DNA of 61,095 nt, filler included, from Basidiobolus ranarum (GCA_040143965.1; 9 parts of 9 records of this genome joined end to end with filler, not necessarily neighbours in it), one strand, 5' to 3'. Shown: positions 34,723 to 47,534, counted from the whole stretch's first letter. The notes: a model not told the origin generated them from the letters alone. Numbers and translations are program-made.

Positions 34723-37700
34723 TCAATGCATGATTTGTTTCCATCCACAGGCGATTTCTGGATCTTGTATAAGTTCTACAGTTGGCCTAGAGGAAGATGA
34801 CTAAGTTTGTTTGTGATGATGTTACTGCTACAATTAATTCCAAATTTACCAATAATGTTGGTTGGTTTTGATACTTAGAACCATTGGAATCATATCAAAG
34901 CTTATGGTCTTTGCTCGGATATACGTGTTACTGGGGAATTTTTTGACGGCTTCCAAGAAGGCCGTAAGGTTAGGTGTGGGAACCCCGTTGATATGCGTGA
35001 TCCACATAGTAGGAACCTAATATTGATGAGGTTGATGGTTATTGATCCAAAATGGGTCATGTTGGTCTAACATTCTTCCATACCATGCCGTATTGATAGG
35101 CGGGGGATCCTTTGCTTCGCGCAGAGATATACACATGTGAAGGGAGGGACTTGGATTGCTGTAAGACCGCTTTGTGAGGTTCTGTAATAAATTATGTTGG
35201 TTTTAGTGTTATCAAGTGATTGAGAAAATGTTATTCCTGTGCCTTGGATTGCTGCTCCAGCCCAAAGAACAACGCGACTGGTGCCTTCACCAGAGGTGAA
35301 ACTAGTTGGAACCTTCATGACCATCTCAACTTTCTCACGAAGAACAATCTATGATGAACCATTTTAATGATGATCACTGGTCACACGAAATATATCTAGT
35401 CGTACCATTTCCAATTCCTCCACTACATATTGAATATCTAAATCATACATTCTTGTAACTGTCTTACCGTTAACTGAGAGTATGATATCTAATTCTTTTA
35501 GGACATTAGCACTCTCACTGCCAACTTCAGTCTGTCGAATCATAAACAATTGGTGTCTATGAGGACTGGCCTCCTCCACTTTCCTTACCCATTCTTCTGT
35601 CAAGCCCATGTGACGAGCCTGTACTATTTGCACAGGCATCAGTTCGATGTTGAGGAATCGAAGGTTTGGTTTGAGTCCATTACACAGAGACTCCATCACT
35701 GGAAGAACGGTATTAATGTTCAGGCCAAAGTAGTATTCATTGTCATGACCATTCACTGTGCGCTCTCCTAGGTAAGGCAACCAGAGAGCCTGTATGTGTC
35801 CTTTGCTATCGCACAGAACACCACTTGAGCATTGCTGTGCAATTGGAGTATCAACGGTGATTGCCTCTAAATTGATGCTCCTAATTCAACAAGACTTATT
35901 AGAAGTGATGTTTCTACCGCCTTGCATTGTTCCCCTACCTAAATCTTGGCGTAGCATTTTGCGGTATCGTAACGCTGGTCACATCGGTACCCACCGTGTT
36001 GATACAAATGGGCCTAGGGTTGGGGTTGAATGCGACAAAGCCGACATTGTGCCCTGTGTACTGCAATCAATATGTGATCATTGTGAATGTATTGCTAGCG
36101 TTGGGATGTTAATTACCTTGGCCTAATGGGACATCACTGATCACAGCAGATCTAACTGGTGTTTCTCCGATCAGGCTTGGTTCGTAGGATATAAAGGTGA
36201 GATTGTGTGTGGGATGAAGGTATTCTACCTTGGCGGGAATGACAATGGAGTCAGCAAAGGTAAGTGACAGATCACCCAAGGCAAAAGGAACAATGCTTCG
36301 GCCAACAACGACCAACCCACGTTGAGCATCCAAGATGAGACCTGCACCTTGTTTCTATAGTACAGGTTAGGTCTGTTCCAAGAGTTTCTTCAATAGAAAA
36401 ATACATACCCTGCTCTTTGGAAAGCCGTCAATTTTACAAGGCATATAGTAACTAACTCTAACCATGGAATTTATCAAAATTTTACCCGCTCCTAGACTGT
36501 TATCAAGTGTAACGAATTTGGCAGTGGCAGGCTTTGGAGGCCTCGGTGGAATTGGGTCCCCAAGCGATGTGAAGTCCCATATTCCAAGTTCATCTACATC
36601 AATTGTAGATTATTGGTTAAAAAATCTATCTCACAGATAATCAACACTACTTCCATATACCATTCCTAATGGCCAGCTTGAAGTTTGACCAGTGTCTTTC
36701 AACCTGCACCACGGCAACGCTGCTGGTGTGTGTATCCGCAATGGAGTAATACACTACACGGATTCGTTCTTGATCAGGGATGTCTTTCATCACTTGTATA
36801 AATTCATCTATATTGGGTGTAGGCTTGTTGTCAACCGAAGAGATAATCCATCCATTATCTTGGCCCTCCAATCTGAACATTCCACTAGGTTCCGAGACAT
36901 ATACCCCACCGACAGGAACACAATAGGAACGAGCTAACTGGTAAGACAATTCATTTAACTTGGCTCCACCAATTTCAACATACCGATCAGGAGTGCTACA
37001 GAAGCAACTTTATCAGGGCCGCAGAACAGGTAAAATCTGGGGATTTAAAGCACTTACATCGAGTGCAAATCTTGAACTGTTAGTTTGAACTCTATTGGAA
37101 CACCACCACGTTCAATAACTATGATTATTTCCTTTCCAACATTGTCATCCAAAAACATCTCCAGAGGAACGAACTTGGTGACGTATTCACCATTGATAGA
37201 AATCAGAATATCCCCTTCCTCCATACATATAGAGCCAGGTCCTTTGGGAACAACAGTCTCTGCTACCAACATGCCAATTTCATCGGAGTTTTTAGAACGA
37301 ATGAACGCTTCGGTTTCGGCACGAAGTCCCAGTCGTCTAACTTCATCAAAAGGTCGATACCTATCATGTGAAGGCAAACTACTAGTTTAGAGAATGTTGA
37401 AGCAACCAAACCATATGATACTGACAAAAATTGAACTTGGATAGTGCCTCGGGATACAGGTTTCCCCAATTTAATCAAGTCCAACGCCCTTTTGACACGG
37501 TCAAGTGGTAAGAAAAAGTCAGTAGCAGCTTTGGCATGTCCCCCTGTAAAGTTCGGATCAATGTCACCGTGTGAAAAGGTAGAAAGTGATCAGTTTACTT
37601 CCTCTGAATATAGGAATGGTGCCAATACAAACCTGCTTGTAAAGCAACTGCGTAACCATTAATATCGATAACTGGACTTCCGGAACTACCTATCGCATAA

Positions 37701-38748
37701 TACGGATTCAGATTTGTTCTATAGGGAATCTAGATTCAACAAATGTGCCTTTACCCCCACTGGTGCTTGAGGCAGCTTGCCTATTAAAAAGAAATAATCA
37801 GCCATATAATTTGATGCTTTGATCAATTCAAAATAAACTCTTACAAATAGAAGGTATTGAAGTCATTGTAGGTCATTTCTCCATACTCGGGGGCATTCCG
37901 ATCTAGCCTAGAGATTGAGCCTGCAAGAATTGACAGTTTCTCGCCTGCGTCATTGCCTACAACGCGTATATCAATGCCAACCCGTGCCAAATGAGGCTTC
38001 AAAGGAATGGCAGTGAGCTTCATATATTTGATCTTAGACGTATCAAATCGTAAAAAACTAAACATCAACGTCAAATAATGCACCAAAATATCATGTCTAT
38101 TATAACAGTACAACAAACCCAAAGTCATGAACTGGATCCCTTTTTTGGTTGAGTCAAAGAGTTCAGTGAGTCTTCCACATACACTATTAGCCAAGTAAAC
38201 TGATCAAAATCAATCAGACTACCTGTAAACTGGATAGACGTCTACTTCTTCATGATCGTGTGCGATTGCTTCACCGACGAAAGGACCAGCACCAACCACG
38301 TGTCTAAGGACAGAACACAGATAAAGGTGAGATTTTTATGAAGATAATAAAGGGGTACCAACCTATTTGTTAGAATGATTCCTTTTTCTGCATCAACAAT
38401 AAACCCTGTGGCCTCAGAATTCTCTGGACCTGTTTAAAGGAAATACAAAAAGCGGTTGTTTTAAAAACCCCTACACCAACTTTCATATTGACCAAATTTA
38501 TTCTCACCTTCAGTATCAAAAGCAACTACTTGACTAAACCGAATAGACACGATAGCTTTGATCACCTTCTCGATGGTGGCTTGCCATTGGGGTGGCTGAA
38601 AAACAGGAATGCTACCATTAGCTGAACTAACTTCGTCAGTTAGAGTCTCCTGCCTGTAACCAACAGCATTAAGAGAGTTGGTTCGTCTACGTTTATTTTG
38701 AGAGGAAGGAATAGACCCATGAGTCTCGCTAATAGGAGCTGCTTCCAT
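34723..38748 (-). CDS. NMA111: Nuclear HtrA-family serine protease Nma111/Ynm3, multi-exon, apparently complete
   Basis: NLS-like [21 protein letters not shown]; catalytic triad contexts [18 protein letters not shown] and [36 protein letters not shown] segments; second protease-like repeat; ends [21 protein letters not shown]. Confidence 0.96.
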
Positions 38749-39511
38749 GTTTCGTGTTTCTGATATGTTAGCTTAAAATCGAAGTCCTATAAGAAAGTTG
38801 AGGACTGTGCTTTATCCGTACTATCTAAGTAAGCCGTTTAAAGTTGCATAAATAGATGCTATTAAGCTGTTTCTATTCTCTTTTATTAACTTTGGGCTTG
38901 TCTTTTAGAATAATTCAATAAATATAAAAGTGCTGTAGAATTCATCGGTCTGTATAACAGATCACACAAAGAGCAGAGCTATGTTTTAGTCTATAAACGG
39001 CATTGAGATCCATCTATAGGATGCGATATTCATGCCATCGTAAAATATAGGAACCCAATCGGATTCTTATGTAATGGTGGCGGATGACGTCTCCAACCCA
39101 TGTATTTGCATTCAAGACCTGATGTTTCATATTTTGGTGAGGCCCTCTAAAAATATCGGTATTTCAGATAATCCAAATACTTCGCTCAGAGTTTCAATGA
39201 TTAAGCTTGGATTCTTTATTTTGTGAGAATCTTTTTATGGAACACTCGCTCTTCTCTAACCTTTCCAGGGAGGTTTCGCCACACAGAGTATGTGCCAGCT
39301 TTTGTTTAACCTGACTTAGAATCAGGTGTAAAGTAGGTTGATGATTAAACAGTTTTCATTGATTTCATAGATTAATACAATACATAGAATGAAAGGTCAC
39401 ATAACGATGCTATACGAGGGAACAATGTATAAATATGTTGGTTCTTATTTTAGATAGTGTTTTTGTTCAAATTGATATTTTCTGAGTGGTAGTATCAGAT
39501 GATTCAGAAGC

Positions 39512-40744
39512 TTAGTCCCGGTATTTGTCCATGAATCCCTGGTGAAAGCGTTTCAGTAGCTCAATAAATTCACTAAAGAGATGTTCCGCAGGCAGAAAAG
39601 TGGCACGGAAGTGTGTAGTACCTTCCTCTTGCCCGAATCCACTACCAGGCACTACACACTATAGCATAAATTCAAGTTAGTCTAAATGATAAACTGGCCG
39701 ATTAATGAAGAAAATACATACCACCCCGGTTTCATTAAGCATGGCAAGAGAATAGAAATCATCTACATTCTTCCCTACTTCCTGAGCAGCTTTGACTGCG
39801 CCTGACGAGAGTCTGACTCTGGGGAAGAGATACAGAGCACCTTCGGCCTTGTTACAGGTGACACCTTCTAATTCATTGAAGGCATCACATAGACGGCTAC
39901 TTCTACGCTTGAGAGATTGATAAATATCGTCGATCTCTTTTTGATACGAATCGTAAGATTCGTCCCCAAGCTTTGGTGGATTCACCATAAGATCAACCAT
40001 AATTTGACCTTGAACATTAGGGCAGAGGGAGACGGATGAAATTTTGTACATTTCATCAATGACTTCCTGCTCAATTCCTTCGCATTCGAAGAAACCACCA
40101 CGACGACCACATTCTCCGACCATTCCCTTGGAGATAGAATGGAAAGAGATGAGCTCAACATCCTCAAAGGAGGAGCCCATAGATTTCAATACTTTCTTGA
40201 ATGAATGGAATGGTCTAGTCGTAGGCATATATATATTCTCTTGGTAGACTTCATCGGCTAGAAGAACAAGTCTCTCTTTCTGGCAGAATTCAATAACCTC
40301 ATGCATATTTTGCTCGGTAAGACACTGACCGGTAGGATTTCCAGGATTGATGATACACAACGCCCTGACATCAGTACCTTTCTGACGAGCTTCATCCACG
40401 GATTTTTTTAGCTCGGCGATCTGAAGCATTTCATATTAGTTTTTCAATCGAAATTTCATGAAATTTGGATATACTTACATCCATACCCCAGTCTTTCTCC
40501 TCGTTTAAATAATAAGGGACAGCCTTACCCTCATATAGAGCCAAGGTGGCGGTGTAAAGGGGATACTGAGGAATAGGAATCATGATTCCAACATTGGAGT
40601 TTTCAATGATGAAACGTAAAGCCAATTGAACACCAGCAGACGCACTGAAAATTACTCTACATTAATATCACCTCGAAGATGGTCACAAGGGTAGGTGCTT
40701 TAACTTACCCCATGGTTAAAAAGATCTTGTTAGCATCTGCAGGA
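39512..40744 (-). CDS. ALT1: Alanine aminotransferase (PLP-dependent, class I); 5'-truncated
   Basis: IFLTMGASAGV, IPIPQYPLYTA, IINPGNPTGQ, LLADEVYQ, PLP-lysine motif SFHSISKG..GECGRRGG, VPGSGFGQEEGTTHFRATFLP. Stop TAA at 39512-39514. Confidence 0.95.
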
Positions 40745-40844
40745 NNNNNNNNNNNNNNNNNNNNNNNNNNNNNNNNNNNNNNNNNNNNTTAATTAATTAA
40801 NNNNNNNNNNNNNNNNNNNNNNNNNNNNNNNNNNNNNNNNNNNN
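40745..40844. other. Artificial contig spacer
   Basis: N44-TTAATTAATTAA-N44. Confidence 0.99.
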
Positions 40845-41110
40845 GAGAGTTGACATTTATAGTTTTGTCAAGATGTAAACAAACTAACATGTAGAATATG
40901 TTAAGGAAGGTCCCAGAAACATGTGTGCAAAGTTTGGGGCTTCTAGCACAAGTTTAAAGAATCTATATATCTGAGAACATCTAAGTTGGTGAAAATATTC
41001 TAAGTAAATTCCAATTGAGAATAATTGATAATATCTTAGTGAGTTATAAGATAACTAATTACTAAGTTATATATGACTATATAGGTGTTTAGGCAATGTT
41101 AATTTCAACA
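40845..41110 (-). repeat. LTR (family B), antisense, abutting copia RT
   Basis: Reverse complement begins TGTTGAAATTAACATTGCCTAAACACC at 41110 and matches 27826 onward; cut off by the contig end. Confidence 0.9.
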
Positions 41111-42391
41111 GATTTTAGGAGTTTCAGCTAAATATCAGTCTATTATACATCAAATGGATATTAAAACTGCTTTTTTGAATGACAAGCATGCTCAGCAGAT
41201 CTATGTGGACCAGCCAGATGGATTTGTGATCCCAGAAAGCTCTAAAGAAGTTTGCAGACTCTTGAAAACACCCTATGGCTTAAAACAATCTCTGAGAGCT
41301 TGCAATAGCAAGTTTGATGCTTTTTTGAAAACACTCAAATTCCAAAAGAGTAATGCTGACTATAACATCTACTTCAGGCCTAATAAGACAAACCCAGTTT
41401 TATTAACCTTATATGTAGATGATCTTGTTATAGTAACCAATGACTTGAAGACTTTGGAGATAACCAAATCCAGCTTATCTGCCAAATTCAAAATTACTGA
41501 TCTTGATAAACTGATGTACTGTCTTGGAATCCAAATTAAGAAAGATAAAACTACCAGTACAATAACTTTAAGCCATTCTAAGTATATCCTAGATATACTA
41601 AAGAAGTTTAAAATGGAATAATCTAATCCAGTATCTACCCCAATGAAGACAAATCTTGACTAGACCAAAAATGGCTCAAATCAGACTTTGTTGGATTCAA
41701 ATGAAAGACAGAAATTTCATTATCAATCTATGGTTGGTAGTCTGATGTTTAGCATGGTTGGAACATACCCAGATATTGCATATTCTATGGGAGTTATATG
41801 CCAATATCTTCAAAATTATGGATCCAATCAAGTCATATCAGTTAAGTGGATTTTCTAATATTTGAATAATACTATGAATCTGTGTTTAAAATACACATAC
41901 TCTGGATCAAACTTTGATCTGATATGATGTTCAGATGCAAATTGGGGAAGAGTTATTGAAGACAGGAGATCTATCATATGCTATTTATTTCTTTGCTGTA
42001 ATAGAGCTATTTCTTGGAATTCAAAGAAAAAACCTACTGTAGCACTTTCAGTAACAGAAGCAGAATACTTGACTGCTTAAGAAGTACCATAAGAAGCAAA
42101 GTGGGTAAGAAAGCTCTCAACAGATTTGAGTGATTCTCAAAATCACCAACTACAATATTTCAAGATAATCAAAGTTGTATCAAGTTAGCTAGAAATTCCA
42201 TGTTTCATACTAGAAGCAAACATAGAGCTATTAGACATCATTTTATTAGAGAGACTATAGAGAATAAGTTTATTGACTTAACTTATTGTTCTACAGAAGA
42301 CATGATTGTTGATATATTAACCAAACTATTAGCTAGACAGAAATTTGAGAAATTTAGACCTTCCTTAGGGTTTGTTTATATGACTATTTAG
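41111..42391 (+). mobile_element. Ty1/copia RT-RNase H pseudogene
   Basis: HQMDIKTAFLN, YGLKQS, LYVDDL, YQSMVGSLMF, PDIAY, SDANWG, TEAEY, with multiple stops and frameshifts. Polypurine tract GAGGGAGAG follows. Confidence 0.95.
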
Positions 42392-42402
42392 TTGAGGGAG
42401 AG

Positions 42403-42751
42403 TATTGAAAATAGCATTGCCTAAGCATCTATATAGTCATATTTAGCTTAGCATTTAGTCACCCTATACTTCACCAAGATATTGCCCACTGTTCTCATGA
42501 GGTATTTACTCAAAATATTTTTACCAACTTTGAAGTTCTGAGATATAGAGATTTTTCAAACTTGCACTAGAGGTCCCAAACTTTGAACACATGTTCCTAA
42601 GACCTTCCTTAGCACATTCTACTTGTTGGTTTGCTTACCCCCTGAAAAAACTATAAATTTCAACTTTCTACTCAATAAATCAATAAGTAAAAACCACCAA
42701 TTTCTCTAGTTCTCCAAACCACTTCGAATAGGTTCCCAAAATACTTTAACA
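42403..42751 (+). repeat. 3' LTR (family B)
   Basis: Follows the polypurine tract; TATTGAAAATAGCATTGCC...ATACTTTAACA (terminal TG mutated to TA); homologous to 27826-28173. Confidence 0.88.
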
Positions 42752-43378
42752 GAGCATTCTAAAGAAAAGTGCCTAGAGTGTCTCCGATAACCAAACATAA
42801 CTCGGAATGTTCTACTCATCAATCGGGTTTTAGCATTACAGGTATCACAGGAAACTCAATCATACACTGAAGATGTGATGTGTGGAAATGAATTTTAGTT
42901 ACAGAATGTGAACTTCGAAATTTTCCAATTTTCCATAAATGGAATAGCGTCCCCTAGATATGCATTCACTGTATTAATAATAACAAATTGGTACGAATTT
43001 TATTGTATATCTCTAACAATGCTCGTTAGTAACGTTAGATTCGTGATTTGAACTAAGCAATACATATATATACACAGGCCCTAACTTACCATCACAAAGA
43101 AAAGTGAATTTATACTGATCTAATCTATATATTTGCCTTCACTCTCTCAAGTTTAACATAGCCGAGGTTTCAATAACTTCCAACAGGTCTAATAGCCTGA
43201 TTTCTGCCGAAGAGTTTAGAAGCTTCAAGACTTCGCAATGAGATATGGCACTCGTTACACGGTTCAACAGATGGATTTTCAATTGAAAAGTATATAAATG
43301 AAACTACTGACCAATATTCAACACATCGGCTGTCATTTTACTACTTCCACATTCGCCAATACTTGACAAGAACTTAAG

Positions 43379-44062
43379 ATGCAAAAAATGGATTTCAGAG
43401 ACCTTTACAAGAGAGTAAACATTACTCGTGCGGATGGTACCAAGCCCCATGTTCTTAATATCGGAGGAGGTGTTTCAGGTCTCACTACCGCCTGGACTTT
43501 ACAAAACTCCGAATGCAAAGTAACTGTTCTAGCCAAGCAATATGCTCAACATGGTGCTCACGGGAAAGAGATTGTCTCTGAGATTACCGGTGCGCTTTGG
43601 GAATGACCGCCTGCCGTTTGTGGCTCTCATGGAAAAGATACCGATTCACAGTTGAATAATTTGCAACGTTGGTGTCAAATCTCTTATCTGCAATTCAAAG
43701 ATATTGCTGATAAATTTGGGGCGGATAATACCGGTATTCGTAGACGTATGCTTCCTATTTGATCGTAAATTAACCACCGAAGGTTTGAAAAAAAAGAATG
43801 AGATCGAAGTGGTATGTGACGGATTTAATGATGATGTTCAAGGTCTGATCAAGAAATACAACATTAATACAAATCTCAAGAAGGGTTACAACATCGTCGA
43901 GGGTTACGAGCATTTATCATACGTCATTGATCCTGGAACTATCTTCATTGGTTAAAACGATTAGTCGAGGATAAGGATGTTGCTCTCCTTCAGGGTGTCG
44001 TTGAAGACACTCTTCATGAAGAAGCTCCTGATTTGTTGAAGCGATTCAAGGCTGATATCATA
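43379..44062 (+). pseudogene. D-amino-acid oxidase-like FAD-dependent oxidoreductase pseudogene, intronless
   Basis: Rossmann motif VLNIGGGVSGLTTAWTL; SEITGALWE*PPAVCG; RWCQISY; GYEHLSYVIDP; YLHWLKRLV...FKADII. One TGA and two frameshifts, then the homology stops. TATA at ~43291. Confidence 0.8.
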
Positions 44063-44063
44063 A

Positions 44064-44204
44064 GTGATTCTAGCCCAAATAACCCTTTAGAGTTACTTGT
44101 TGATTATTTTCATTTCATCCAAAATAGGCAACTAATATTAATAATAGAGGGCTCTGTTCTATTTATTAGGTTAGTGGGGTTAGGATTGTTTAGACAAGAA
44201 TCGC
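44064..44204. mobile_element. Putative MITE (141 bp) with imperfect ~23-bp terminal inverted repeats
   Basis: Left end gtgattctagcccaaataaccct vs reverse complement of right end gcgattcttgtctaaacaatcct; AT-rich interior; sits at the point where the oxidase frame ends. No target-site duplication seen. Confidence 0.45.
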
Positions 44205-44872
44205 GATTCATCGGTAAATCTCAAACTTCTGGGTACATCTGAAACATTTATACATACAGCCTAAAACGTGGTAAGGTAACAATTTGTAGTATAACAAATT
44301 ACAGCATTTACGTAATATATATGTAATTGATGTTGAATCTAAGTTATTCATAAATTTCTCGCATATATTTGTCAATGAACGATCATTCCACTACGAAATG
44401 AAGTTCAAAATTCTTCTGATTGATGTCCAAGTGGAGTTCAAATATTACTACCGAACACACCTGTTAGTGCACCTGATGAACTCACTAAGCCAACTTTAAT
44501 GAAAGTATACTTGCCGCTTGAATTGGTTCGGCGCGTAATAGTATTGTTGATGATATTTCTATTTTAGATTTATGCCTTTTATTCCTGCCTGTGACGAAGG
44601 TAACCAAATATCGGAGGCCAACTAGCAGTGTAGTCCTATGATGGGAATACTGAGCCAACAAGGACACTAGAAATCAAAATTATGCACATTTTTCAAGTTA
44701 TACTTACTCACGTGCTACTGCTCTGTGGCTCTACTGATAGAAAAAGTACATTATTCTTGGTTCAGCTGTTAAAGATTAATTTATTCATGATGTTGATTCT
44801 GATCAAACATATTAACCATTCAAATCAATTAATCATACTTCCATGCTTCGTTTCAAAAAAGAGAATTCACTA

Positions 44873-45919
44873 TCATTTGGACTGATCGATATTTAATTTT
44901 GCCAATAACGCTTCAACTTGTGGTGCTTTGACTTCCGCCTCAGTAACACTGCTGGAAGCGAAATAAGGTTTCTCACCAAGGACAGTAACTCGTTCACCAT
45001 GTCGAGCATATGGATAGTAATCTCCAGTAGCGTTGTGCTGAGTACTACGATTATCCCAAATAGCTACTGAGTTTGGAGTCCAACGCCAACGTACTTGTGC
45101 TTCGTGCGAGCGTAGTAAATGTTCAAATAAAAAGTTAAGGACTACATCTGACTCTATCGGATGCAGCTCTTTAATGGCTTTGGTAAATACCGAGTTCACA
45201 AATAGCCCTTTCTGATTGGTCAACGGATTAGTGCGCACTAGCGGATGTTCAGTATTAATTGGAATATCTCTCGAGAGCGGCTGTCCAGAAACCTCAGAGA
45301 GCTTGAGAAATAATTCACCGCTATGGATACCCGTGAGTCCATCCAGAAACTGTTGGAATTCAGGGCTTAACTTATCGTAAAGGGCGTACGAATTAGACCA
45401 CAACGTATCTCCACCAGTCACTGGCACTTCTTTTAATTGGAGGATAGAGAAGGAGGCTGGCTGTTCTTCAAATGAGATATCAGTGTGCCAAGTGCCCTTT
45501 CTGTATAAATCCCCTAGAGTTTGTTTGGAAGTGGTAACTGCAGATGGAATTACAATTTCCGGGTAAGAATTTGGAGTAGGAACAAATGGGTGGATATGAA
45601 GTTCGCCAAGTCGTCGTCCAAATGCCACCTGGTTATCGCGATCCAACTCTTGATCCCGAAGGAATACAACCCCGCGTTCAGCAATCAAAGCTAAGAGATC
45701 TTCAAGTTGAGCATCAGTCAGCTTTGCCAATTGTAGGCCTTCGAGTTCGGTCCCGATGGATGGAGTTAGATCGGTACGTCTGGTAGCTGCATCTAGTAGA
45801 TTTTTACGTTCCGGGTGAGCATTGAAGCCTTGAATGTACTGAGGGTTACGATAATTATTGAGGGCCTTGGCTGCACTGTTATCCTTAGCAGAAATTATTT
45901 CTTGGCTTGTAATGGTCAT
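44873..45919 (-). CDS. TauD/TfdA-family alpha-ketoglutarate-dependent (sulfonate/taurine) dioxygenase, Jlp1-like, intronless
   Basis: DLTPSIGTELEGLQL, ERGVVFLRDQ, iron-binding WHTD, GGDTLW, HPLVRTNP, WDNRSTQH...R. Confidence 0.95.
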   Translation of the reverse strand: MTITSQEIISAKDNSAAKALNNYRNPQYIQGFNAHPERKNLLDAATRRTDLTPSIGTELEGLQLAKLTDAQLEDLLALIAERGVVFLRDQELDRDNQVAFGRRLGELHIHPFVPTPNSYPEIVIPSAVTTSKQTLGDLYRKGTWHTDISFEEQPASFSILQLKEVPVTGGDTLWSNSYALYDKLSPEFQQFLDGLTGIHSGELFLKLSEVSGQPLSRDIPINTEHPLVRTNPLTNQKGLFVNSVFTKAIKELHPIESDVVLNFLFEHLLRSHEAQVRWRWTPNSVAIWDNRSTQHNATGDYYPYARHGERVTVLGEKPYFASSSVTEAEVKAPQVEALLAKLNIDQSK

Positions 45920-47329
45920 GCTTCGGTAAAATGCTGATGGGAGAAAATAATGACAATTTCTTTCTATCTTAGCTCTATATATACTTCACAAGTGTCGCAA
46001 TGATTTCCAATATTTTCACAATTTTCCACAGCGGTTGCATCATTTTTAATCCAGTTCAAATCCAAATCAAAGTCCGATCCTACCATTGGCATTTACGTTG
46101 GTGGTTCCTTTTGCGTCAGAGTTCTCTTAATCATTAAGATTGCTCATGCTACCTGGATATATTTCAATAACCTTATATATTGCCACAGTTTATACGTATT
46201 GGCTTCATAGAAGTTATTGATTTTAGAACTGATTAAGAACTGAATTCGAACTTACACATAGACCTGATTTAAAACTTTTGAAAACTGGATTATGATCTAA
46301 CTTAATTAGGGTACTTTTATCTGGTATAGTTGGTCCTCATTCCAATCTTTGGGGAGATGAAAAGTTAATAGGATGTGTGTCTATACCTTTATACAATATT
46401 TACCTAATTATGTTATTAAAAGAGTTACCGCCATCTTCTGAGGAGACATGTTTGTACAAGTTCTTATACGAAATCTAATTAAGACTTCGACCCAGTTCCA
46501 CCGAACATTAAATTGTCTATGTTATCTTCTAGTAGAGTATTATTGATAACACACTAATGTACGACCGCCAGAAATTTCTAAAATACCGTGAATGTATTTG
46601 CTTCATCGGTGCTAAATTGAATCAAATCCACCCAACTAAACTTGGAGTATTTACCATCAGCAGTATCGATTACTTTATCACAAATTTAGATATTCCCTGT
46701 CGAGAAAAGCCTGTATCTTCTATCTATTTAACATGCAAAAGAATGCCAAATATTAGTAGAGGATTCTTTAATCAATTAAATATCTTTTATTAAAGCTTTT
46801 TTCTCAAGTACGGTTTTTATCTAAGTACTTAATGAAACTGAAGTGGTATCTTTCACCAGCATCATATTCCTCATCGGAGTAATTATTAGCTTTTAACAAG
46901 CAGAATATCATGCCAAGGACATCCAATCTAGAATATAAATCGATTTTCTTCAAGAGATCTCCTAATTCCTCTCAACGATCACCTAATCCACTATTGTCAA
47001 ACCACATCATGATATCCTGTTAGCATAAAGTTAAGCCATTATAGTCAAGTATTCATGGATCACAAACTCCACATTCATATCTAACACTGTGTGGCCAATA
47101 ACACCTTTAGTAAGCTGATTTTTTCATGGCAAACTGGTTACTTAAACCTGGAGAATGTATTGGATAGAATTTTGTGTAACGGAGACGATGATGTGACAGT
47201 TGAGTGCCATTGTGGAAATATCTCGAATAATGGCGACACTCCCCGTATTATTACACAGTCGAGTATATATACTAAAGATGTCGAGTGATCTATTATCACT
47301 CAAGTTTTGATACCAATCCTTTAAGCAAT

Positions 47330-47534
47330 ATGACCATCACTAGCCAAGAGAACACCGCTTCTAGCAAGAATATCTCCAATAATTCTTTCAATTAGTACCG
47401 CAACCCCAAATATTCAAGGGTTCAGTGCTCACCCTAAATATAAGAACCTGCTGGAGGCGGCAACCAAGCGTACAGACTTAACTCCTTCCATTGGAACTGA
47501 GATTCAAGGCCTACAGCTGGCTCAACTGACAGAT
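47330..47534 (+). pseudogene. Second TauD-family paralogue, 5' fragment, disrupted
   Basis: MTITSQE...N*YRNPKY/IQGFSAHPKYKNLLEAATKRTDLTPSIGTEIQGLQLAQLTD matches the N-terminus of 44873-45919. In-frame TAG and a frameshift; cut by the contig end. Confidence 0.88.

Noticed and set aside
43604..43606. In-frame TGA in the oxidase as selenocysteine or programmed readthrough
   Set aside because: The position corresponds to Trp rather than Cys, and the gene also has two frameshifts and a truncation. TGG-to-TGA decay is the simpler explanation.
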